Source: an uncultured bacterium (GTDB lineage Bacteria > Schekmanbacteria > GWA2-38-11 > J061). Taken from it: a DNA stretch of 17,598 bases. Below, one piece after another: positions 1 through 9,204 of this stretch (its first letter is position 1; each line of letters begins with the position of its first letter). The position numbers and the translations under genes were made by a program. The notes beneath the pieces were generated by a model. That model saw only the letters and a list, made by a program, of their open reading frames with translations, did not search any database and had not been told where the DNA came from. The stretch lies in assembly GCA_964549305.1 (NCBI GenBank), contig CAZJVM010000049.1:1-17598 (forward strand). The letters are read 5' to 3'.

Positions 1-919
1 GCAGGAACGAAGGAAGCATAGTCCCGAGAAGGCTTAAAAGCCAGGCAACCTGCTGAGACTTTGCAAAGGCAGAAATCATCACTCCCACAGAAAGAGAAAG
101 AATGATGAAGAGCATACAGGCAAAAATGAACTCAAAGATGTTTCCCCTGAACGGCATCCTGAATACGACAAAAGATACTGCTATGACTGTGAAAAGATTA
201 ATAACTGCGATGGCGCAGAATGGGAGAGTTTTACCGAGGATTATTTCATTCCTTTTAAGGGGTGAAGCCATCAATCCTTCAATGGTCCCTACTTCCCGCT
301 CTTTTACGAGTGTGACTGATGTAAGCATTGCCGTTCCCACAAGAAGAATAATGGCAATCAGGCCCGGGACGAAAAAATATCTGCTGTCCAGGGATTGGTT
401 GTAGAATATCCTTGATTCATTCTTAACAGGATTAATATCAGATATTTTCAATACTGTATTTCTGCGGATATATCTGCCGAGATGTTCTGAAGAAAATTCG
501 TTCACAATTTTATTTGCATAACCCCTAACCTGATTTGCCGTATTATTGTCTGCGCCGTCTATTATCATAGCGACATCAGCAGGCTCTCCCCGCCTGAGGT
601 TACGGGAAAAATTTTCTTTTATTACAATCAGCATGCTTATATCCCCGCGCTTGAGCATTCTTTCCGCATTCTGCAAGTTCACTGCATCAATGTGCGGGTT
701 GAAATAACCTGATTTTTCAAATGATGTAATCAGGCGAGCCGAAGTTTGACTTCTGTCAAAATCGAATACAGAGAAATTCACGTTATCCACATCAAACTTC
801 AGGGCAAAGGCAAAAAGGATTAGAATGAATGCCGGATTTACTATTGCGATAAAAAGTGTGCGAAAGTCACGGATAATGTGAATAAACTCTTTTCGCGCAA
901 CGGGTAGAATATTTTTCAT
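1..919 (-). CDS. ABC-2 type transporter permease (YbhS/YbhR-like), truncated by the window edge
   Basis: Not in the ORF track. ATG at 919-917 overlaps the ATPase stop (ATGA). Manual translation gives MKNILPVARKEFIHIIRDFRTLFIAIVNPAFILILFAFALKFDVDNV..., the typical KE..RD.R / D N-terminus of YbhS/R permeases. It later reads YFFVPGLIAIILLVGTAMLTSVTLVKEREVGTIEGLMASP (ERE.GT.E motif). Confidence 0.92.
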   Translation of the reverse strand, partial: MKNILPVARKEFIHIIRDFRTLFIAIVNPAFILILFAFALKFDVDNVNFSVFDFDRSQTSARLITSFEKSGYFNPHIDAVNLQNAERMLKRGDISMLIVIKENFSRNLRRGEPADVAMIIDGADNNTANQVRGYANKIVNEFSSEHLGRYIRRNTVLKISDINPVKNESRIFYNQSLDSRYFFVPGLIAIILLVGTAMLTSVTLVKEREVGTIEGLMASPLKRNEIILGKTLPFCAIAVINLFTVIAVSFVVFRMPFRGNIFEFIFACMLFIILSLSVGVMISAFAKSQQVAWLLSLLGTMLPSFL

Positions 920-1833
920 TTTGTAAGATAAACAAAAATATCTTCAATAGACGGTGATATTTCCTCAATATTTCTGACAGTTATACCATATTTCATCAAT
1001 TTATTCTTTAAGTTATCAACTGCCTCGTCGCCGTCTTCGACGATGATGTGCACCCGGTCTCCGTAAATATTCGCGTCTCTTATCCCTGAGATATTTTTTA
1101 CGGCAGAAAACGTTTTTGATAATGAATCGGTCTTAATTGCCATAATCCTGTATGGCAATGATTCCTTTTTTAAATCATCGGGACTTCCGCAGGCAAGGAG
1201 CTTTCCGTTGCTGATAAATCCTATCCTTGAACACCGTTCCGCTTCTTCCATATAATGAGTTGTCACAAAAAGGGTCGTTCCCGCGCTGTTAATATCATAA
1301 AGATAGTCCCATATGATTCGCCTTGAAACGGGGTCAACTCCCGCAGTGGGTTCATCGAGATAAAGAAGCGAAGGATTATGGACAACCGAGCAGGTAAGAG
1401 CAAGGCGCTGTTTCCACCCTCCCGACAGATTTCCCGCAAGCGTATTGCGATAGGGGTCAAATCCGAACTGCCTGATTATTTTTTCACTGTTTTCAAGGGC
1501 CTGTTTTCTTGATGAGAGATAGATATTGGCATAAAAATTAACATTCTCATAGACTGTGAGGTCGTCATAAAGACCGAACTTCTGCGACATATATCCTATA
1601 CTGCTCTTAATCCTCTCTCTTTCTTTTTTCAGATTAAATCCGAGAATCTCCCCCTCTCCTGATGTGGGATTGACAATACCGCAGAGCATTTTTATCGTCG
1701 TGCTTTTGCCTGCTCCGTTTGGTCCCAGAAGACCGAAAATTTCCCCTTTCAGGATTGAAATGGAAAGTGAGTCGACGGCAACAATATCTTTTCCGTAAAC
1801 CTTGGTAAGCTCTGTTGTTTTAATAACAGGCAT
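916..1833 (-). CDS. ABC transporter ATP-binding protein (YbhF-like, single NBD)
   Basis: Walker A GPNGAGKST, signature LSGGWKQR, Walker B LLYLDEPT, H-loop TTHYMEEAE. Lies between the adaptor and permease genes. Confidence 0.96.
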   Translation of the reverse strand: MPVIKTTELTKVYGKDIVAVDSLSISILKGEIFGLLGPNGAGKSTTIKMLCGIVNPTSGEGEILGFNLKKERERIKSSIGYMSQKFGLYDDLTVYENVNFYANIYLSSRKQALENSEKIIRQFGFDPYRNTLAGNLSGGWKQRLALTCSVVHNPSLLYLDEPTAGVDPVSRRIIWDYLYDINSAGTTLFVTTHYMEEAERCSRIGFISNGKLLACGSPDDLKKESLPYRIMAIKTDSLSKTFSAVKNISGIRDANIYGDRVHIIVEDGDEAVDNLKNKLMKYGITVRNIEEISPSIEDIFVYLTK

Positions 1834-1844
1834 AAGTGACCTGC

Positions 1845-2852
1845 CTATTTATTAACATCGATAAAAGCATCAGCAATCATTCCGGGCTTGAATATTCTTT
1901 CGCTGTTGTCAAGAGTTACCCTGACTTCATAAACAAGCTTGACCCTGTCGCTTTTAGTCTGAATGTTTTTTGGAGTGAACTCCGTCTCAGGCGATATAAA
2001 TGATATAATACCGGAAAATTCCTTTTCAGGAAATGTATCAATGCTCACTTTTGCTTCCTGTCCCTGTTTCACAGCGCCTATGTCAGTCTCAGATATGTAG
2101 ATTGTAAGCCACGTATCACTCAAATCAGTGATAAGGGCAACAGGCATACCTTCCCTTATAAACTCGCCTTTTTCAGCAACTTTCTCAGTGATTGTCCCGT
2201 TGATTGGCGCCTTGATTTCTGCATCCTTCAATTTCTTTTTAATCAGGTCGATTTCAGCTTCTGCCTGCTTTACGGCGGCAAGTGCCGATTGTATATCCTC
2301 TTTGCGATACCCTTCCCGCAGAAGCGACAACTGCGATTTTGACTCGTCGAGTTGTTTTCTTATAACATTCATCTCGGTTTCCGCCCTGTCATATTCCCTG
2401 CTCGAAGCAAATCCTTTTTCAAAGAGGTCCTTTACGCGTCTGAAATTGCTATCCGCCTCTTTCAGGCGGTCTTCGCGCTCTTTTACAATCGCTTCCTGAC
2501 TCTTCACGTCATATTCCCTGTACCCGCTTTTAAGGAGTTTGTATCTGTTTAAAAGTTCGGAATGTCTTGCTTCCCATTTCCTCAGATTGATTTCATTTTC
2601 CTCGGTATCAAGAACACAGAGAATGTCACCTTCTTTTGCTATGTCACCCTCTTTAAACATCAGTTCCTCAATTGTGCCGGAAACTTTCGAACGCACTTCA
2701 ACTTCTGTAGATTCTATAGTGCCTGTAGCTTCAACGATATTTTTGCTTTTATCATCCTTTCCACAGGACACAGTGAGAGTGAAAAAAAGAAGGATACAAA
2801 GAACTGCTGTTAAAATACTTCCTTTAATATAATCAGAATAATATGTTTTCAT
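1845..2852 (-). CDS. HlyD/YbhG-family efflux membrane fusion (periplasmic adaptor) protein, possible lipoprotein
   Basis: N-terminal hydrophobic stretch ending TVSC-GK (imperfect lipobox); lipoyl half-motifs V.SKVSGTI..L...EGD and IKAPINGTI; long coiled coil; C-terminal EFTPKNIQT...R.KLVY and FKPGMIAD typical of YbhG-like proteins. Confidence 0.93.
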   Translation of the reverse strand: MKTYYSDYIKGSILTAVLCILLFFTLTVSCGKDDKSKNIVEATGTIESTEVEVRSKVSGTIEELMFKEGDIAKEGDILCVLDTEENEINLRKWEARHSELLNRYKLLKSGYREYDVKSQEAIVKEREDRLKEADSNFRRVKDLFEKGFASSREYDRAETEMNVIRKQLDESKSQLSLLREGYRKEDIQSALAAVKQAEAEIDLIKKKLKDAEIKAPINGTITEKVAEKGEFIREGMPVALITDLSDTWLTIYISETDIGAVKQGQEAKVSIDTFPEKEFSGIISFISPETEFTPKNIQTKSDRVKLVYEVRVTLDNSERIFKPGMIADAFIDVNK

Positions 2853-2860
2853 TTGTTCAA

Positions 2861-2888
2861 ACTATAAAATTTCTGTAAATCATAACAA
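2861..2888 (-). promoter_or_regulatory. Possible sigma70 promoter for the efflux operon (TTGTTA-N16-TATAGT)
   Basis: Minus-strand hexamers at 2888-2883 and 2866-2861. The -10 lies 8 nt before the ATG at 2852 and no SD is visible. Confidence 0.35.
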
Positions 2889-2922
2889 TTTTAATATATA
2901 GAGTCTATTCAAAGAGTTTAAA

Positions 2923-2941
2923 TAATCAGATTTTCTGATTA
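2923..2941. promoter_or_regulatory. Perfect inverted repeat TAATCAGA-TTT-TCTGATTA, candidate operator
   Basis: 8-bp perfect arms with a 3-nt spacer in the 110-bp divergent intergenic region between the efflux operon and hisC. Confidence 0.5.
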
Positions 2942-2962
2942 GTCTTAAGAAATAAAATAACA

Positions 2963-4033
2963 ATGACCAGAAAAATTGTAAGAAAAGAGATTCTTTCTCT
3001 AAAGCCATACAAAGCGCAGGAAAGAGATTTCCCTGTTGTCCTTGATGCCAACGAAAGTCCCTTTACACTGCCCGACGGGATTAAAAAGGAAATTGTCGAA
3101 AATATAGATTCCATCGCGTTCAATCGTTATCCCGACCCTGAAGGAAAACTCCTCAAGACATCTCTCGCCGCTTTTCACGGTGTAAAACCTGAAAACATCG
3201 TTCTTGGCAACGGTTCCGACGAACTTATTCTATACCTTATATCAGCGTTTTCAAAAAGAGGATTCAGCACACTTTATCCTGTGCCCACATTCTCTATGTA
3301 CGGGATTATTTCCCAGTGTTTAGGCCAGAATAAAAAGGAAGTGCCTCTTGACTCAAATTTTGACATAGACATAGATACCTTTCTCGAGGCAGTGGAAAAA
3401 ATGAAGATATCGCTCATCTTTTTAAGCTATCCCAACAATCCCACAGGCAACTGTTTTTCAAAGAATAAAATAGTCAAAATTCTCAAATCATTCGAAGGCA
3501 TCGCGGTAGTTGACGAAGCATACGGCGATTTCTCCGGAAAAACATTCCTTCCTCTTCTGAAAAAATATAAAAACCTCATCATCACAAGAACATTTTCAAA
3601 AATCGGTTTGAGCAGTCTTCGCCTCGGATACCTTATTGCAAATCCTGAGGTGTGCGAAATCGTCGAAAAGGTCAGACTTCCTTTCAATGTTAATTCATTC
3701 TCTCAGGGATGCGGAGAGATTTTTCTCAAACAGAGGAAGAGCATCGATAAGCTCATAAACAAAATAGTTGAAGGAAGGGAATATCTCTATTCAGAGTTAA
3801 AAAAAATTAAGGAAATAACTCCCTTTGCTTCTGAGGCAAATTTCATACTCTTCAGAGTGCCGAAGAAATGCGGGTTTGTTCACGAAGAGCTGAAGAAAAA
3901 AGGAATACTTATAAGGAATTTAAACACTCCCGGATTGCTAAGGGATTGCCTGCGTGTAACTGTGGGGACTTCTTCAGAAAATCAGAGATTTATAAAAGCA
4001 ATAAAAGATATCATTTCGCAAATTCAGGTTTAA
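2963..4033 (+). CDS. hisC: Histidinol-phosphate aminotransferase (PLP class I/II)
   Basis: LDANESP, NRYPD, GNGSDELI, PTFSMY, PNNPTG, VVDEAY, RTFSK (PLP lysine), LRLGY, ANFIL, LRVTVG motifs. Confidence 0.92.
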   Translation: MTRKIVRKEILSLKPYKAQERDFPVVLDANESPFTLPDGIKKEIVENIDSIAFNRYPDPEGKLLKTSLAAFHGVKPENIVLGNGSDELILYLISAFSKRGFSTLYPVPTFSMYGIISQCLGQNKKEVPLDSNFDIDIDTFLEAVEKMKISLIFLSYPNNPTGNCFSKNKIVKILKSFEGIAVVDEAYGDFSGKTFLPLLKKYKNLIITRTFSKIGLSSLRLGYLIANPEVCEIVEKVRLPFNVNSFSQGCGEIFLKQRKSIDKLINKIVEGREYLYSELKKIKEITPFASEANFILFRVPKKCGFVHEELKKKGILIRNLNTPGLLRDCLRVTVGTSSENQRFIKAIKDIISQIQV

Positions 4034-4099
4034 ACAACTATCACTGCTGTCCAAAACAGATTTTTCATACTGTTATCGTCACATCTCTCCATCCCGCTT

Positions 4100-5509
4100 T
4101 TATTCCCCTATCCTGTGAAGCTTCATGAAATTCGTTTTTCCGCGTTTGGATAAGGGCGTGCTTGCAGTGATTACAATCCTGTCTCCCTTCTTAACTATTC
4201 TCTTTTTAAGAAGCATTTTATCAACTTCCTTTATCATCCTGTCGGTATCAGTTATTGCAGGCATATAAAGCGGGACGACTCCCCAGAATAGCGGAAGTCT
4301 TCTTAAGACGTCATTATCAGGCGTGAACACTACAATCGGGGACTGCGGTCTGAACTTTGATACAAGCCGTGCAGTAAATCCCGACTGGCTGAAAGCAACT
4401 ATGGCTTTCGCGCCTATATCCTCCCCTGCCCTGCACGCCGCATCTGCAACTGCCTCAGAATCCGATTGTCCGCGGATATAAGATGTGGCGCTTTTCCTGC
4501 TTTCCTCTGTTCTGGAAATAATTCTGGCCATTGTCTTAACCGCTTCAACAGGATACTTTCCTGCAGAAGTTTCCCCTGAAAGCATCAGCCCATCGCTAGA
4601 ATCGAGTACCGCATTTGCAACATCCGCCGCTTCCGCTCTTGTGGGACGGGAATGTTCAGTCATAGATTCAAGCATCTGCGTTGCGGTTATGACGATTTTC
4701 CCCATATTGTTTGCCTTCTCTATGAGCATCTTCTGAATAATCGGGACTTCCTCCTGCGCAACTTCAACTCCAAGGTCGCCGCGCGCAATCATTATGCCGT
4801 CGGAAACTCCAATAATTTCATCTATATTTTCAAGTGCTGAAGGTTTTTCTATTTTTGCTATCACGGGAATATTTTTCCCTCTTCTTTCAATTTCCTGTTT
4901 AACCACTGTTACATCGGAAGCGCGCATTACAAAGGACACAGCAACATAATCGACATTCATCCCGATTCCGAAATCAAGATCCTTTTTGTCCTTCGGGGTA
5001 AATGATTTAACTGATATTTTCATTCCCGGAAAATTCACACCTTTCCTGTCGCTTATCACCCCTCCTTCAACAACTTTCGCCTTCAATTCCTTTTTAGATT
5101 TTCCCGTAACCTTAAGAATAATCATCCCGTCATCAAGAAGTATCTTCTCACCGAGCGCCGCGTCTTTTAACAACCGGGGATATGAAAGATAGAGTTTTGT
5201 TTCGTCGCCGACCCCTTCGCCTGCAATCAGTGACAGGGTGCTTCCTTTTTTAAGATACGCTTTGCCGTCTCTGATAAGTCCTGTGCGAATTTTGATGCCC
5301 TGAAGATCCTGCAATATGGAAACTGTCTTCTTAAGCTTCTCAGACTGCTGTCTTACAAGCTCAATCATCTTTTTATGAAATTCATAGGTCCCGTGAGAAA
5401 AATTAAGACGGGCAACATCCATACCGCCTTTTATCATAAGGGAAACTATTTTTGGTGTTGATGATACAGGGCCAAGCGTGCAGATGATTTTCGCTTTCCT
5501 CTTATCCAT
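4100..5509 (-). CDS. pyk: Pyruvate kinase (Lys117-type, predicted K+-independent)
   Basis: KIICTLGP, ARLNFSHG, DLQGIKIRTG, IAKIE, MIARGDLGVE, TATQMLESM, RPTRAE, MLSGETS motifs. Confidence 0.98.
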   Translation of the reverse strand: MDKRKAKIICTLGPVSSTPKIVSLMIKGGMDVARLNFSHGTYEFHKKMIELVRQQSEKLKKTVSILQDLQGIKIRTGLIRDGKAYLKKGSTLSLIAGEGVGDETKLYLSYPRLLKDAALGEKILLDDGMIILKVTGKSKKELKAKVVEGGVISDRKGVNFPGMKISVKSFTPKDKKDLDFGIGMNVDYVAVSFVMRASDVTVVKQEIERRGKNIPVIAKIEKPSALENIDEIIGVSDGIMIARGDLGVEVAQEEVPIIQKMLIEKANNMGKIVITATQMLESMTEHSRPTRAEAADVANAVLDSSDGLMLSGETSAGKYPVEAVKTMARIISRTEESRKSATSYIRGQSDSEAVADAACRAGEDIGAKAIVAFSQSGFTARLVSKFRPQSPIVVFTPDNDVLRRLPLFWGVVPLYMPAITDTDRMIKEVDKMLLKKRIVKKGDRIVITASTPLSKRGKTNFMKLHRIGE

Positions 5510-5518
5510 AAATAATAC

Positions 5519-7012
5519 CTAAAAGATTGTCTGAAAAAATGTATATGCCATAACTGCTATAAGGATTATTCCTATAACATCGAGTACAGCGCCATACCGA
5601 ATCATCTTTCTTATTGGGACATAACCCGAACCATAGACAATTGCGTTAGGCGGTGTCGAGACAGGAAGCATAAACGCGAGACTTGTGGCAAAACAGGCGG
5701 CAAGGGCGGGCACTACGGGATTTATCCCCAGATTCTGCGATACTGCAATCGCCACGGGAATTATCATATTTGCCGATGCAGTATTAGATGTCGTTTCTGT
5801 AAGGATAACTGCCACAATGCAGAACAACACAGACACGCCAAGAAGACTCTTTACCTGCGTCGCCGAAATAAGATAATTCCCGAATGAAGACGCAAGCCCG
5901 GTCTTGAACATTATATTGCCGAGCGAAAGACCCCCTCCAAAAAGAAGAATAGTTCCCCAGTCAATCTTTGCCGCATCTTCCCACTTAAGGGTAAACTCCC
6001 TCTTCTTCCAGTTCACGGGCAGGAAAAAGAGAAGCGAAGTACCTATGAGCGCGGCAACCGCCTCCGGCATCACTGCCACAAGAAACCGCGCGAGGGGATG
6101 CGTCTTGCCAAGTATAACAACTGTTATTCCCGGAAAAATCCATAGAAACACAGTGACTAAAAAAGATATAAGAACATTCTTTTGAGCCTTTGTAAGCGAA
6201 TTCTTTCCGGAAAAACTGACGCCTATGGCATTGTCAATTGTGTTAAAACTTATACTACCCGATGAAATCCCGCGTTTCATGACAAAAAACAGAGCAATAA
6301 AAATAAGGATGGAAAGTGGAAGCGCCATATACATCCACTGGAAGAAATAAATTCTTATATCAAGATATTTTTCAATCATTCCAAGGGCTATCAGATTAGG
6401 AGGGGTCCCTATAGGAGTACTTATTCCACCTATTGAAGCGCTGAATGCCATCATTAACATAAGCGAATAGGCAAACTTTTTCTTTTCTGAAGAATTTTCA
6501 TCCATCGAAGTTATTATGCTTAACGCAATCGGCACCATCATCGCAGTTGTAGCCGTATTGCTGAGCCACATTGATAAAAACCAGACAACAAATCCGAATG
6601 CGAATAGCAGGCGTGCTTTTGATGAACCTACCCATCTGTTCCTTAAAATCACCGACGCGATTACTCGGTCAACACCCCGAACAGACATTGCCCGCGCGAT
6701 TATGAATGTCCCCATCATCAAAAAAATTATCGGATGGGCAAATGGCGCGAAAATCTCCTTCATTGAACCGACTGCAAGTATCACGCAAAGTGTAGGGCCG
6801 AGAAGCGCCGCGACAGGAATAGGGATTGCCTCGGTGACCCAGAATATTACTACTAAAACAACAACTGCGGCAAGACGACCCTGAATGGAATTACCCTGAA
6901 GATAATTTAAAATAATAATCAGAAAAAAAAGGAGAGGGCCTGCAATAAACCCGGAAAGCTTTCTTACTTTCTCGAATTTCTCTTCACCTTCAGATATTTT
7001 TGTTTCAGTCAT
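5519..7012 (-). CDS. DASS/SLC13 family sodium:dicarboxylate (or sulfate) symporter
   Basis: Many TM segments; WVTEAIP; two SNT motifs (MWLSNTATT, ETTSNTAS); GTPPN and STPPNAIVY. Confidence 0.93.
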   Translation of the reverse strand: MTETKISEGEEKFEKVRKLSGFIAGPLLFFLIIILNYLQGNSIQGRLAAVVVLVVIFWVTEAIPIPVAALLGPTLCVILAVGSMKEIFAPFAHPIIFLMMGTFIIARAMSVRGVDRVIASVILRNRWVGSSKARLLFAFGFVVWFLSMWLSNTATTAMMVPIALSIITSMDENSSEKKKFAYSLMLMMAFSASIGGISTPIGTPPNLIALGMIEKYLDIRIYFFQWMYMALPLSILIFIALFFVMKRGISSGSISFNTIDNAIGVSFSGKNSLTKAQKNVLISFLVTVFLWIFPGITVVILGKTHPLARFLVAVMPEAVAALIGTSLLFFLPVNWKKREFTLKWEDAAKIDWGTILLFGGGLSLGNIMFKTGLASSFGNYLISATQVKSLLGVSVLFCIVAVILTETTSNTASANMIIPVAIAVSQNLGINPVVPALAACFATSLAFMLPVSTPPNAIVYGSGYVPIRKMIRYGAVLDVIGIILIAVMAYTFFQTIF

Positions 7013-7015
7013 ATT

Positions 7016-9175
7016 TTAAACAAGCTCTCCTTCGAATTTTCCGGAATTTCTCACGAGTACCACACTGCCGAATCCCTCTGTCAATTTTTCAATGTGGCGC
7101 GCATATTCCATCTCCTCACCTGCCTCGGGAAGCATCAATCCAAGGAAAACCACATCGGCATCCGCTGATTCCTCCTTCATTGTTTCCTCGATGGATTTGT
7201 CCTTTTCACGCAAAATCACTTTTGCCTCGGCGGGAATTCTTGTTGAGGGGATAAGCTCTCCGAGACTCTTACTCATTTCTTTTTCCGACATCTCGCTTGT
7301 TACAATACTTTTCACTGTAATCGTGGAGCGCCTCCACTCCGAATTCAGCGAAAGCAGATAGGCAAGCAGAAGCATCATATCCCCGTTGTGCTGTTTACCC
7401 CGCCACCAGATATCAATTTTTTTATTCTTTTTTCCTATTTCGAGGTCTGATATGTCGGCAATGATAACTGATTTATCCATAGTGCTGACTCTTCGCATAA
7501 TCCTGAGATAAGAGGCAAGCCTTTCCGTGTAGTTGCTCCATCCGAACATGAGAGTGTTTGAAGCCAATCCCGCAATCCCCTGTGTCTGCATCATTGCTAT
7601 GATTCCTTCCTCAAAGTGCTCGACAACGTTGACCTCGCTGAATGCAATCAACTCTCCCCTGTCAAGAGTCTCGTCAATGACCGCTTCTTCCTTGTCGATT
7701 TTTTCCGCGGCATCATCGATTTTCCCCTCTATGATATTGCACACCGTAAGAATTCCCCTGTTGTGATTCAGCCACGAAGCGAAACGCACAAGACCTATCC
7801 GCTTTTTCACATCGCCCGCAAAGAGAAGGATGTGAGGCCTCCAGTTTCGGGGGTTTTCAGGCAATTCATTAAGGTTGATGAGAGAATATCTGGCGAGTGA
7901 AAGCCAAAGTCCCCTTCTCATATCGCCCCAGGTCGCCCTCATCTCCTTTCTTCTGAGCATTGCCCATACGGCGGTTTCAAAGATAATCGCAGTAAAGCAG
8001 GCAGTTTTGCTGATGAGAAACATTACCCAGAAGCAGGCGACTGCGCCGGCAATGGAAAGAAGCGAAGGAATATTAATTCTTGGCCTGTAGTAAGGGTCTG
8101 CGGCAAGTTTTTCAAGCCCTGCCACAAGATTTATCATCCCGTATGTCGTAAGGAAAAATATTGTCACAAAAGGTGCGACAGCATTCAAATCTCCCAGAAG
8201 CACGGAAGCGAGAGCTATAGATGAGGACAATATTATGGCAGGAATGGATTCTCCGCCTTTAAGCTGATATTTTGAAAAAAAAGAGGGAACGACTCTGTCG
8301 TTCGCAAGTGCCTGAAGAGTCCGGGGTGCGGCAAGTATGCTGCCGACGGCGGAAGAAAAAATTGCTCCCCACAAACCGGGCAGAACCAGAAAAGGCACGA
8401 TGGCAACCTTTGTCCACACCAGACTGTCTTCGAGAAGAGTTGTCTTATCGGCGCTGAAAGCAAGCGCCACCGGAACTGCCAAATAAAAAATGAATCCCGT
8501 AATCACGGCAAGAAGAGTACCCGCGGGGATGGACTTCTGAGGATTTTTCAAATCTCCCGACATGCTTACGCCCGCGAGAATTCCCGTAACTGCAGGAAAA
8601 AAAACGGCAAATACCGTCCAAAAATCAATTCCCGTTTCATAACCTCCCCACAGCACAGCACTTCCTACCTCAAAATTAGCTCCCGCGAAAAGGGATATAA
8701 AAGAGAGCGCAATGAAAACCATAACGGGTATCTGCATCTTCAGAGAAAGTTCTGCGCCCTTTACCGAAATAAGAGTGACGGCAAGGACAACTATTGCCGC
8801 AACGATTTCAATGGGCAATTCCGGAAATAATATCCTCAAAGATTCCGCGAATCCGAAAGAGTAGAGCGTAACGGATAACACCTGAGACAGATAAAGGGGA
8901 ATACCTATGGCGCCGCCTATTTCAAGCCCGAGACTCCTTGAAACGATGTAATACGCCCCTCCCACTCCCACTGACATATTTGTCGACACCGCGGAAACTG
9001 AAAGCGCCGTAACGAGGGATATTATATTTGCAAGCCCGATTATCGCCAGTGCCGGAAGAAGTCCTGCATTCCCCACAACCCATCCTACACGCAGATAGAG
9101 TATGACTCCCAGAATGGTAAGAATAGAAGGAGTGAAGACGCCGAGAAAAGTATTTAATTTCGGGGAAGAATTCAT
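7016..9175 (-). CDS. Prokaryotic cation-chloride cotransporter (SLC12/CCC family, APC superfamily)
   Basis: TM1 GVFTPSILTILGVILYLR, GGAYYIVSRSLGLEIGGAIG, TM6 FFPAVTGILAGVSMSGDLK, TM10 FFLTTY; soluble C-terminal domain with NWRPHIL and IDIWW motifs as in NKCC/KCC. Confidence 0.92.
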   Translation of the reverse strand: MNSSPKLNTFLGVFTPSILTILGVILYLRVGWVVGNAGLLPALAIIGLANIISLVTALSVSAVSTNMSVGVGGAYYIVSRSLGLEIGGAIGIPLYLSQVLSVTLYSFGFAESLRILFPELPIEIVAAIVVLAVTLISVKGAELSLKMQIPVMVFIALSFISLFAGANFEVGSAVLWGGYETGIDFWTVFAVFFPAVTGILAGVSMSGDLKNPQKSIPAGTLLAVITGFIFYLAVPVALAFSADKTTLLEDSLVWTKVAIVPFLVLPGLWGAIFSSAVGSILAAPRTLQALANDRVVPSFFSKYQLKGGESIPAIILSSSIALASVLLGDLNAVAPFVTIFFLTTYGMINLVAGLEKLAADPYYRPRINIPSLLSIAGAVACFWVMFLISKTACFTAIIFETAVWAMLRRKEMRATWGDMRRGLWLSLARYSLINLNELPENPRNWRPHILLFAGDVKKRIGLVRFASWLNHNRGILTVCNIIEGKIDDAAEKIDKEEAVIDETLDRGELIAFSEVNVVEHFEEGIIAMMQTQGIAGLASNTLMFGWSNYTERLASYLRIMRRVSTMDKSVIIADISDLEIGKKNKKIDIWWRGKQHNGDMMLLLAYLLSLNSEWRRSTITVKSIVTSEMSEKEMSKSLGELIPSTRIPAEAKVILREKDKSIEETMKEESADADVVFLGLMLPEAGEEMEYARHIEKLTEGFGSVVLVRNSGKFEGELV

Positions 9176-9204
9176 TTTAGCATCCTGAAGTCCGGGGAAA
9201 ATGC

